A DNA stretch of 58,029 nucleotides from Phoronis australis (Eukaryota > Animalia > Phoronida): positions 26,209 to 84,237 of the forward strand of contig NMRA01000591.1 in the NCBI GenBank assembly GCA_002633005.1, given 5' to 3'. The position numbers and the translations under genes are program-made. This document shows, piece after piece, positions 1 to 11,075 of this stretch (position 1 is the stretch's first letter; each line of letters starts with the position of its first letter). A model generated the notes under the pieces. It ran no database searches and was not told the origin of the DNA. It saw nothing but the letters and a program-made list of their open reading frames with translations.

Positions 1-1907
1 TTCAATACAAAAAATTAATATATTATTTATCTAAAAAGTTCAAAGTGGTAATCCAGGCAAAGAGATAACATTCTTAACAATGATGTATATAGCAATAAAT
101 CAAGCTGATTATAAAACCTCATGTATCATTAATGCATACCATTGAAGTTAAACGTATGATTATATACTGGTGGATGCGTGCTGCCTTGTTCCATAATTAG
201 GTCAAGGGGCGTGGCCATAATCAAATTGTTGTCATAGGGACCGCTGCAGTACAGTTTGACACTCTTTTCAAATGAGGGCATTACTTCCAACAAAGCTGGA
301 AAATCAAAACATTTACATGAATTTTACTAAACATCTGTAAACCTATGTATTACTGGGTTTCATTTAAGTGATGAATCCCTTTTGGACAAAAATGATTGTA
401 CAACTACCATGTCAAGGTACAGTTCTTTAGTTCTAAAAGGGATCTTTACTCAATATTTTCATCTGTAAACATGTTGCAAACCTTTTTGTGTTTTACTAAA
501 CAGGTTCTGTAATAATTTTCTACCATCACAACCAAAAATTGAAAACGTAACTTGACAGTTTCACCGAGTGCCATATGGCTTGATCACAATAAATTCAACA
601 GATGGCGCATCATGTTGCCAAGGGGATGTGTAGTACCGTTGTCTATCACTAGTTTATTGTAGGAATGACACAGCATGAACTGTTCCTCGTCTTTGTTCAG
701 AATGGATGGAGTTTTCTGAATAGTTAAATATGAACTGAGACAAGGGAAGTTTCACACTATGTCACTCCCACGATAGATTCCGACTGATAGATAATGGTAC
801 TCCACATCCTCACCGCAAAACGATGCGCAATCTGTCAAATTAATTGTGATCAAGAAGAATGACGTTCGCTTTAATTGTCAATATATGCTTTCAGTTTTTG
901 GCCATGATAGTAGAAATTTATTACTTACTTATCGCTGCGTTATAATGACAATTTCCTTTATTAGCACCTAGCTAATAAGAAACATTAAAATGTTGCAAAC
1001 AAGTGAAATTTCGAAAGTGCATTTTGAAGTCCCAAAAATCAAGGACTTCACAAGGCATTCAAGTAGACAATCAATCGCGGGTATGTTGTGTGGAGTATTT
1101 TCCTTGCCAAAAGCAAGATAGCACATCACATAACATTAGATGAGTGATGATGACCCTTGACCCATGTCTGTTCTCCCCCAGTGGTGTCTTGAGAAACAGA
1201 CTAAATTGCATAATTCAAAGTGGTTCTCTGCCACTGAAACAGAAGTCAAACTGTTGAACAGGAATTTTTACAGTTTGCTCGAGAAGACTTTGAATTTCTT
1301 CAAATGGCAAAGTATGCTTCTTTTACTTTATAAAACAACCTTTCAACTGGTCGTCGCTTTGTCAAATTCCTCCCAAAAGGCAAAGCACCTTTCCTTATTC
1401 AGCAAGGCAAGACATAGACCTAGTAACGACAATACGCTTAAATGGATTATGTGACCTTTGACCTTTGGTGCAAACAAAACAATGGTGATTTCAAGTAGCA
1501 GCTGATACGGGTTCTTTGAGCGCATGCGCACACATCTATTGTTACGGGTGCAAAATTTGAAAACCATATTGAGACGAAAGAGTATTTATTTCACCTCAGT
1601 TTCAAAAATAATGAATCTGATGATTTGTTCTAGAAATTCTTGCACCAACGTGAATAACTCTCACATTAGCATCACCAAGAGCAGATTCGCCATGATCCAT
1701 TTAAAAGGTATCTTTTAAGACTTTTCACATTCCATGCCTTTTTAAAAGTCTAAAACATTGGCAAACAAATACTCTGAGGAAAACCTTCAAAACTCAGCGA
1801 AAACTTGTAAAATCTAGTCTACTTTAAATTCTAAATAGTTCAAAACCAGTAAAAATGAAGAAAGAAGAATTGCTAAGTGATGCTTTTCAATAGAAGTGTG
1901 TTTGTAC

Positions 1908-2296
1908 CTGCTGATAATTCAGAGCCATATATAACCGCCTGTGCATGGCACGCTCTTATACAATGAAGGAGGGATTCTTTCCTCAGATTAAAGTTGATCA
2001 GAGACGGGATAACACCGATTTTAGCCAATCCCAGCCACAGACAGACGAACTCGGGTCGAGACTCCATGAATACAGCCACCACATCACCAGGCCGATATCC
2101 CGCCTCGAAGAAATAGTTAGCGATGGCATTAGATGCCTGGTCCACTTGGTTGAATGTCCAGGCGCGACCGTCGCATATAAACGCTGCTTTGTTATGATAC
2201 TTTGCCACAGTCTTTTTGAATAGATAAGGAATGCTCCCTTTGTTCTTCCTGAGGTTTTTTATGCATAGTTTAACATACAGCATTATGCACAAAGCA
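1908..2296 (-). CDS. SLC27A4: FATP/SLC27A1/4-like coding exon 2; the gene continues beyond the left edge of the window
   Basis: Acceptor tttatttccag, donor g|gtacaa. Encodes ALCIMLYVK...WTFNQVDQASNAIANYF...GDVVAVFMESRPEFVCLWLGLAKIGVIPSLINFNLR...AVIYGSEL, a characteristic FATP acyl-CoA synthetase N-terminal segment. The YTSGTTG exon was not found in the window. Confidence 0.93.
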
Positions 2297-2711
2297 CTGG
2301 AAATAAAAATATAACAGTCAATCACTTAAAAGGACACTAAACCTGGAATTTCTCTATTACAGTCTAGAACCACTGGTACCTACAACTTGCTCATTTAAAC
2401 ATTTAGAGTGAATATTCACTTGACGCTGCCAATTTTTGCAAGTTTGAAAATACCTTATGACGTCTGCTAAACTGGCAACTGTGGGTAAGGCTTTACACAA
2501 CCAACATGGCGACTGTAGAAAAAGATCGTCTATTTCAAACCACAAAGTCCAGCTTATGATACAGAGCTAATTAAAACAATTGTCTTGGATGAATAATATT
2601 TATCGCTCAGGGAAGGTGATTGGCCCAGTTTTTGGTGAACATGCCAAAATAGGGTTTAGTAGTTCAGTTGCTTGGTATGACTACAGTATTTCACAAATTC
2701 TTTGTCTATAA

Positions 2712-2876
2712 CAGTGGCGGATTTAGATAGGAGCCAAGGGGGCCATGCCCCTCCACTAAAATTCTCCCAGGTTACATTTGGCAGTTCGGGGGCACAAATG
2801 TCCGACGGGTAAAATCATGGCTAATACTCTGCCCTGCTCTCCTCCCCCCCAACTCAAAATCCTGGATCTGCCCCTG
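2712..2876 (+). mobile_element. Short non-autonomous DNA element (MITE), CAGTGGCGGAT...ATCYGCCCCTG family
   Basis: Imperfect terminal inverted repeats cagtggcggattt / ggatctgcccctg; the body is homologous to the copies at 6158-6318 and 6320-6486. Confidence 0.75.
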
Positions 2877-3089
2877 GAACAGGCAATGTCATTGCTTTAT
2901 TGAGGTCAAGCGGATAAATGATGGAAAGCTCTAGATGGTGTGGCGCTATAATACCTGTCTTTTATAATATAACCCGCACACCATCAACAATAGTTGTAAC
3001 ATTTTGCAACTGTTATCATGTACCATCTGGATGTTAATAAATAACAAATACAAAGCCTAAGAAGTAGTATATAGTGAGTAGTATTGCTG

Positions 3090-5276
3090 TGCCTGAACTT
3101 GGAATCCTGCTTAATCTCAAGATGGCGTATGCGTGAACTTAGTATTGAACATATACGGTATTTGGGCAATCAGGTGAAATTTTTTTGTTCAAAGAATTAT
3201 TTGTAATTGTTGGCCTTATAATCACTCACTGTCTCCCTTACCGTAACTTGAGTCAAAGAATCGGAGGAATTTGTGATTGGTTAAAACAATTATTGTCTGG
3301 TGAATAAGATCGTCAATAGCTTCAAAATTTAGTTGATATTAACGTTATTTTAAGGAAGGATCGATTCAATGGGTCCTCAGCTTCTCAATTGTCACTGAAA
3401 ACGATGTCCTGTGTAACCTGAACGGCATTACATGCAATAAATTGATGGGTTATGACTCATTACATCAGAGAATCCTCAAGTATGGCGCTCATGCAATATG
3501 CAAGTCCCTAACACCCATATTCAACAAGTGTATAGCCTCCAATGAGTATCCCTCTACGTTGAAAAAGTCAGATTAGTCCAGTATTTAAGAAAGGGGTCCG
3601 AATGGATAAATCCTGTTATAGACCAGTTAGTGTGCTAACTACTGTCAACCAAGTTTTCGAACGACTTATTCTAGACCAATTGAAACTACGTTTTGATGAA
3701 ATTTTAAATGAAAATTTATGTGTTTTCCGTAAAGGTTTTTCTTGCCAGCATGTTTTGTTGAGAAGATGTAAGGTTAGGTCTGGATAATAATCTATTTGCT
3801 GGGTGCAAACTAATTGATCTGTCTAAGGCTTTTGATTGCCTCCCCCATGAGCTCCTTGTTGCCAAACTAAAAGCCTATGGCTACACATTGAATACCTGTA
3901 ACCTCATAATGTCCTATCTCAGTGATAGAAGGATGAGAGTGAAAATTGGCTCAACTGTCAGTGACTGGTTAAATGTCTCCAAGGGCGTTCCCCAAGGGTC
4001 TGTCTTAGGCCCCATGTTATTCAAGATTTTTATCAATGATATATTTTACGCTATAAGCGGTCACTGTAAGTTATATAATTACGCTGATGACAAGCATGCC
4101 CCTCTTCATCTGCAGTTCGCCTCAGCCTCAAGGTAGCTGATGGCAATGGATTGGTTCTCCTCTAATGGAATGGCTGTAAACCCTGGTAAATTTAAGTCGA
4201 TCATCTTTTCTAAAAATTATGTACATAAAAATGATAGATATCTCATGTCTGGTGATACTATGATTGAGTGTGAAGAGTCCGGTTAAGTTGCTAGGTGTCC
4301 AACTTTACAGCCAGTTAAAATTCCATGAGCACGTTGATGTTATTTGCAAAAAAGCTTCTAGACAAATGAATGCCTTGTTCCGTCTCAGTATTGTTTTAGG
4401 CACTAACAGTAAGCTTAAGTTATATTACGCATTTATAAGATCCTATTTTAATCACTGCCCCCTCGTTTGGCACCCATGTGGAATACGGAAAAGTAAGAAA
4501 ATGGAAAAGATACAACACCGTGCTTTAAACTTTGTATTTAATGACAGCGAGTCCAGCTACTCCCAACTCTTAGTTAACGCTAGGAGCTGCTCTCTAACTA
4601 GTTGGCGGATAAAATGTTTATCTATTGAAGTATTCAAAAATGTTCATGTTATTGGACCCTGTTCTTTGTCAGGAAACCTTGAATTTAGAGAGTCTGGATA
4701 CGGTCTCTGAGGTGAAAACTGTCTCTATGTGAAACGCTTTAATACCATGACTTACGGGTGTAACTCTTTCTCCCATAAAGGTACAGTACTGTGGAACTCG
4801 TTGCCATCAGTAAAGAGACAATGTACTGCCTTAAATGAATTTGCCACTCTTGCTCATGACTTTTTCTCTGAGATCTGCTCTTGTGAAAACTGCTACGGAT
4901 GTCTACACGTTCCAAAACATGTATGTGTACTTTTGTATTTATATTTATATTTATATTCATGTTTAAGTTCTGTATATGCTCCATACTGTAAAATTAGCTT
5001 GTATTTTAGTTCTGTATTTTCATTTTGTAGATTTTAAATTTGTCGGATAATAGCACTTGTGCTAACGTTTCATTGTTAAATTTCACCGACTTTTAAATAA
5101 AGATTATTACTACTGCTACTTTAATAACATTTAATTTGATTTAGGGCAGTGCAAATTTTTATCCAAGTGAACGTGATTATTTGAGTGAACTTGTCAAGTT
5201 TCCTCATGTATTCCAAGTTCACACAACACTCACTTCTGCTTAATCTTGAGATTAAGCAGGATTCCAAGTTCAGGCA
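3090..5276. repeat. Perfect 34-bp inverted repeat pair (3090-3123 and 5243-5276) bracketing the LINE
   Basis: tgcctgaacttggaatcctgcttaatctcaagat at 3090-3123 is the exact reverse complement of atcttgagattaagcaggattccaagttcaggca at 5243-5276; a partial second copy follows at about 5285-5316. Confidence 0.85.
3340..5120 (+). mobile_element. 5'-truncated, decayed non-LTR retrotransposon (L2/CR1-clade LINE) reverse transcriptase with 3' UTR, in FATP intron 1
   Basis: Frameshifted RT motifs GYDSLHQRILK, YRPVSVLTTVNQVFERLI, DLSKAFDCLPHELLVAKLKAYG, GVPQGSVLGPMLF, YADD and VKLLGVQL..QLKFHEHV. The 3' end has a stem-loop, AATAAA (5096-5101) and a short (TAT/TAC)n tail. Confidence 0.92.
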
Positions 5277-5624
5277 ACACTCAACTGCTTAATATCGAGA
5301 TTAAGCAGGATTCCAACAGTATCGTGTACTGATATTAGATACTGACTGCAACTGGAGGATTGCTGTTCATGACATTTTAATTATGATAATGGCATTACAA
5401 GGCGTGTTCACACGATAGGTTCTTCATGTTTTGGAACACCACAACACAACAGTGACAGTCCAAAGAATTCAAAGTATCGTAAACTAAATGACCTAAGTCC
5501 CGACCCAAGAGTTGTAGAAAGGGGAAGAGAGCTTGGACTAAAACAACACAATTTCGTCATCATGGGTAATAAACCTTTACTAAAGTTGACTATTTACTAT
5601 AGATTTCCTTAAATAGACACAAAC

Positions 5625-5788
5625 CTGACATCACGCTTGCACGTTCGTATGAATATCCACGCAAACCTCCAGCCACCGGTGGAGAGATATGCGGTTAACA
5701 AACACAACAAAACGATCCACACATTCAGCTGGAAATACAACCAAAGCGTTGCTCCAATCGCCCCGTAAGCAGCGCACTTCAAGAACAT
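5625..5788 (-). CDS. SLC27A4: Long-chain fatty acid transport protein (FATP/SLC27A1/4-like), coding exon 1
   Basis: MFLKCAAYGAIGATLWLYFQLNVWIVLLCLLTAYLSTGGWRFAWIFIRTCKRDV has the hydrophobic N-terminus and GGWRF...RD motif typical of FATP1/4. It ends ag|gtttgt (phase 2), in phase with the next exon. Confidence 0.85.
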
Positions 5789-6157
5789 TGTCCTGCGCTT
5801 GAAGATCTTCACTATTCTGTGGAGAGGTTGGTGTAAACTGGACGATCTTTTGGACTTTGCACCGGCCAGCATGTGTGCTCGTGGAGTCGTGGATCTCCAA
5901 GTGATGTGGAAGTTATCAACTCATTGTGGTTATGCGCCATCTGACGGTCATAATATATCGCACTTGTCACTCGTGACTGACGCATTTAGGCCTACAGAGT
6001 AAAGTAAAGGTCATGTTCGTGAGGGAGTTTTTGAATGCGGTTTTAATGTTTATAACCGAGGTTGAATCTATTTAGTCTCTCATAGCTTACTCAAAGTGTA
6101 CGACACTTAATCTTTAGCTAATGTTTTAAGCTCGAGGCAAAATTTTATCCTTTTGAC

Positions 6158-6486
6158 CAGTGGAGGATTTAGACGGGGAACAATCAGTAGGAGCCATGCC
6201 CCCGGCCCTAAAATTCTCCCATATTCCATTAGGCTTTTCGGGGATGCAAATGTCTGACGGGAAAAATCCTGGCTAATATTCTGCCCTGTCCCCCCTCCCA
6301 ACTCAAAATCCTGGATCCACAGGGGGGATCCAGGATTTTGAGTTGGGGGGGGGGGTGCAGGGCAGAGTATTAGCCAGGATTTTGCCCGTCAGACATTCGC
6401 CCACCCATAGGCCTACTGGCCAAGTGGAATCTGGGAGAATTTTAGGGGGGGGGGCATGGCCCCCTTGGCCCCCCTCTAAATCCGAC
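6158..6486. mobile_element. Two MITE copies tail-to-tail, forming a ~330-bp imperfect palindrome upstream of FATP
   Basis: 6158-6318 (+) and 6320-6486 (-) share aaaattctccca, aatgtctgacggg, ggctaata(t/c)tctgccctg and caactcaaaatcctggatcc; the second copy runs into the gap. Confidence 0.8.
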
Positions 6487-7329
6487 NNNNNNNNNNNNNN
6501 NNNNNNNNNNNNNNNNNNNNNNNNNNNNNNNNNNNNNNNNNNNNNNNNNNNNNNNNNNNNNNNNNNNNNNNNNNNNNNNNNNNNNNNNNNNNNNNNNNNN
6601 NNNNNNNNNNNNNNNNNNNNNNNNNNNNNNNNNNNNNNNNNNNNNNNNNNNNNNNNNNNNNNNNNNNNNNNNNNNNNNNNNNNNNNNNNNNNNNNNNNNN
6701 NNNNNNNNNNNNNNNNNNNNNNNNNNNNNNNNNNNNNNNNNNNNNNNNNNNNNNNNNNNNNNNNNNNNNNNNNNNNNNNNNNNNNNNNNNNNNNNNNNNN
6801 NNNNNNNNNNNNNNNNNNNNNNNNNNNNNNNNNNNNNNNNNNNNNNNNNNNNNNNNNNNNNNNNNNNNNNNNNNNNNNNNNNNNNNNNNNNNNNNNNNNN
6901 NNNNNNNNNNNNNNNNNNNNNNNNNNNNNNNNNNNNNNNNNNNNNNNNNNNNNNNNNNNNNNNNNNNNNNNNNNNNNNNNNNNNNNNNNNNNNNNNNNNN
7001 NNNNNNNNNNNNNNNNNNNNNNNNNNNNNNNNNNNNNNNNNNNNNNNNNNNNNNNNNNNNNNNNNNNNNNNNNNNNNNNNNNNNNNNNNNNNNNNNNNNN
7101 NNNNNNNNNNNNNNNNNNNNNNNNNNNNNNNNNNNNNNNNNNNNNNNNNNNNNNNNNNNNNNNNNNNNNNNNNNNNNNNNNNNNNNNNNNNNNNNNNNNN
7201 NNNNNNNNNNNNNNNNNNNNNNNNNNNNNNNNNNNNNNNNNNNNNNNNNNNNNNNNNNNNNNNNNNNNNNNNNNNNNNNNNNNNNNNNNNNNNNNNNNNN
7301 NNNNNNNNNNNNNNNNNNNNNNNNNNNNN
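6487..7329. other. Assembly gap (843 N)
   Basis: Run of N. Confidence 1.
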
Positions 7330-7606
7330 GAGGTAAAAACAGAAAAATTTCCCGGGCGGGAGGGGGGCAAACCCCCCTCCCGACCTCCCCCCATTCGGTG
7401 CTATGCGCATCTACAATCGTGGTTCAGTTTACACAAATTTTTACAGCCGGACAAAATGTTGGGCCCCCCCTTGTGATATCCTAGATCCGCCACTGAAGGG
7501 GGGGTTTAGAATTCCCGCAAAGGTCAATCCGAGGGGCGTGGCGCCGAGCGGGGGGAGGTCGAGAGGGGGGTTTCCCTCCGCCCGTGTAAAACATTTTTTG
7601 TTTTTG
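7330..7606. repeat. GC-rich MITE-like fragments in inverted arrangement
   Basis: An element end ctagatccgccactg finishes at 7495; aaacccccctcccgacctccccc (~7370-7392) is mirrored by gggggaggtcgagagggggggttt (~7550-7573). Confidence 0.6.
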
Positions 7607-8519
7607 TAGCCAAACAGTTAACTTTCCATGCATCCTGGTAAGTTTCTGGCACTTAACATGTCTCTGGAGTTTTTCTTAAATAATTTAAAACCCTTCTCGA
7701 TTTTGTACATGAACTTGGCTCATAACTTTCGTGAAACCATATTACATTGTGCACATTTGGGTATGAGTCACGCCACCAGCACAAATTTTTGTTGGAACAT
7801 CTGCTATTTTAGCATACGAAAAGTCGTATACGAAAAAGTGTGGTGTGTATACAGGGGTTTAGGCAACTACCAAATATTCAAGAGCATAAGGAGCACCGAC
7901 GGGGCTTAAAAACTTGAATATCAGATGATCGCGTAACAGCAGCCTCAAGTTGTTTAAGAACGAAGGCCGGAGTCCGGAAATAAACATGTGTTCTGTCTCG
8001 TTACGAGAAAAACCGGCGAACGATGGTGCTCTCAGCTCAAAGTCTATTATTAAAAACGACAATAAACTATTAAGTATCACTTTATTAAACAGAATCACGT
8101 TGACAACAATTGAAAAACGTCAAATGTATCAGGAAGCAAATCATCTGAAAACAGTTTCACGAAACCAAAACGTTCTGTATACCTTGGTGAAAAGAAATAC
8201 AGGACCAGCTCCCAGAGGAACCACATGTACATGTACACTGAGAGTACACAAAAAGGCTGGCCTGGTCCGTCACGAGACCAAAAGTACACCCGTGCTTATT
8301 ATCCCTATAAAAATAGTCGATCTGCCGCGGGACCAAGCACTACTGGCTGAGATAAATAGTTTTAGAAAGCACACTTTGGTAAAAAAACATCACAATACTC
8401 TACACAAATCAAGCTGGCTTGGTCCGTAGCGAGGCCTAAAGTGTACTATGCAAAAAATTTTGAATTGAAAACTTTCTAGACACTTTTTAATCCCCAGTGG
8501 TTGCTCATACGTGTATTTA

Positions 8520-9170
8520 ACTAATCTGGTGGTCAACTGCTGCGAGAGGTTGTACAGGAAGGGTTTTCGCACCGTTCTGTAGTACTCACTGGAAGAAACA
8601 AGTATTGAGAACAAATTTAACAACGCACTACGTGAAATAGATTTTGGATATGAAGCAGACAGGGCCAAGTGGAAATACAAACCAGAATCAGTTTCTGTGC
8701 GCTCGTAGACCCTCTGCTGTACTGGGAAAATTTGGCATGTCCAAAAATAATTTCTTTTTAGTTTTCATTGTACACAAGCATAAAAAACCGGCATTATATA
8801 CAAACTGTGTAGAATTATAACTTATTACCAGGGTGTTTCTCCAGGAACGTTAGTCCTATCCTTCTGTTGTCTAGACTGCCGAGGAAATTGTATATCGGAT
8901 CCAATGGTTTGCTTGTCTTGGAACCATTCTATCCAGACATCTTCGATGTTTGTTCCCAACGCTTGCACTTCGACAACTGCTGTGTCAATGAGGTTGTAAG
9001 CCTCTACAATTTCAGCATCTCGTTTCGCAGCTCAGTTGGCACTAAGCGCCCTGAGGTTGCCAAATCCAATCTAAAGACTTACATGCGTAACTTAATTTGA
9101 TCAGTTCATCATGGACTACTTCAAACCTTGACGAAGTATCCCAGGACCAATTTGCCTCTCTTGCAATTTT
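8520..9170 (-). pseudogene. Decayed hAT-superfamily transposase fragment (ZMYM1/P52rIPK-like) with an apparent 240-nt intron (8589-8828)
   Basis: The - strand translates NWSWD...LRALSAN*AAKRDAEIVEAYNLIDTAVVEVQALGTNIEDVWIEWF...FPRQSRQQKDRTNVPGETP, then tg|gtaata...cttccag|t, then EYYRTVRKPFLYNLSQQLTTRL. This fits the remembered hAT consensus KLQKRD.DI..AY...PR...RQ..R.NVP..TP.EYYR....PFLD.L..QL..RF. Stops and frameshifts are present. Confidence 0.75.
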
Positions 9171-9768
9171 CAGAATAAACGTCCCAATGTCATCGGGTGG
9201 GCCTTTCTGTGGAAATTCCCAGTATAGAAGACGCAGTGGTGCTTATTGCAGGTATTGAGGTCGGAACTTGGACTCCTTTTGAGGCCTATTGAACATCGCA
9301 CCAGTCCCGCAAGACTTTGTTGTGAAAGTACAGCCTCCCCGCAATTTCTGGTACTGTACACTGTTCGCGAATGCGGTCACTTTGTCAATGTGAGTGCCAC
9401 CTTGGTCATTCCTTGTATAGACATAACTTGTTAAAATGCATCTTCAAACGGACTCGCGACCAGACAACGGCGCTCGCCACAATAGCAATTCTTCGGAAAA
9501 CGATTTTTTACAAAAATATTACATGTACATGTACACTGTATGATGTTGCGCACGACAACTTTACAATACACCAGCTAAATTCGAGTTACTAACGTGTGGA
9601 GTGTAACAGAATAACACGGCATGACAGATGAGGGAAAAGCGTTGCACGTCAATTCGCCTGAATATCAGGGTTGCGGCACTACAGTATTTCCCCTAATCAA
9701 ATCAAAACATATCTTAGAGTAAAGAAGCTAATTGCTAATTGCTAATTACATGCACGCACCCAGCTTTC

Positions 9769-11067
9769 AATGGGGGCTCGAATTCCTGATTTTGTGGACC
9801 TTTTGTTAACAAAAAAGTGGGGCGGACTAAAAAAAAAAACGGGAGAACCAAAGTGGATTGCGCGTTTGCGCATGTTTAATGGACTTATGCCTCATTTTCT
9901 CGGACTTGTTGTCTCTCAGGGCGGACCTTTTTGCCCACTTCGCTCATTCGAGCCCCCAGAGCCCCCCGTGGGTGCGCGCATGAATTACCTAAAGAAATCA
10001 GCTATAGAGCTGCTCTTTCAGCGGTGGATCCCGAATGCTTGGCTATTTCAGTAGTGTCGACTGAAGCGCGCGCACAATATTTGATCTCTCCGCGCGTTTT
10101 GCCGATGAGCCACGAAGACACGAAATGCTTTGTTTTTCATAACAGCAATTCACAATGCAAAACATTATATTTTCAGAGTGAACCCTCCCCCTCTATTTTT
10201 TCCAAGTTGGTTTATTTGGGGTTTAAACACGCTGGCGGTGCCGTTTTTGTTTTGCTGAAGACGTTTTTGTTTTTTTTTTAGTTTTTGGGGTCCTGGCCCA
10301 AGGGGGGGGGTTAAACCCCCTGACCCCCCCGTAGATCCGCCACTGATAAGGCGCAGGTATAGTAGGGCTACACTTCCGGGAGAATAATCCCTTCGAGGCT
10401 AAAGCGGGATGTGCCGCTGACGGCAGACGCGGGATGAACTTCCGACGACCACCGCACGTCTTTTCTGACAAATCTGATATTTGGGCGGTGCTGGCGCGCG
10501 GACCAGGGGTCACTCATGCAGGCATGTCCAAAAATTGCGGGTAGGTGGTATTTTTTCAGCAAGTCTTTGCGGGATCCGCGCGGGGTCCAGCTATCTATAC
10601 TGGCCCTTCAAATTTCCAGTTCATCCTCTAAAAGGCCCAATTCACATGGCCTCATCACCGCAATTTTTCCAGTTACTTGTGGTAGAAATGCTCCAAAAAG
10701 GATTTTAATATTGTTTGAAACTTTTATCACAATTTATGTAGACTATTTTGACACTGTATGACCTCTCTCCGGCTTGTCACAAGTCCCTATGTTAATGTTT
10801 CCCGAATCGTTGGGTTTGTTTTCGAAGCCACTGAAATAATCCCTACTGTCACTGTGGACGAGGGAGTCAGTGGCTCGTTAGCGGATTTAGGGGGTGGGGG
10901 GACAAGGGGGCCATGCCCTCCCTAAAAGACCATTTGGCAGTTCGGGATGGAGTGCGAATTGCTGACTTGCATATGTGCACACCCAGGGAGCTCGGGGGCT
11001 TTGAACAAACCCCATCCACCGTTTTTTCAGTAATAAGGTCCACAAACCCAGAAATTCGAGACCCCTG
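9769..11067. mobile_element. Two related non-autonomous elements in opposite orientation (9769-10345 and 10868-11067)
   Basis: ggggctcgaattcctgattttgtggacctt (~9773-9802) resembles the reverse complement of aaggtccacaaacccagaaattcgagacccc (~11035-11065). The inner ends are agatccgccactg (ending 10345) and cagtggc...gcggatttagggg (starting 10868). Confidence 0.6.
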
Positions 11068-11075
11068 CATCCCTA

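Noticed and set aside
6303-7476. Long ORFs of 322-377 aa
   Set aside because: They are artefacts of translating through the N gap.
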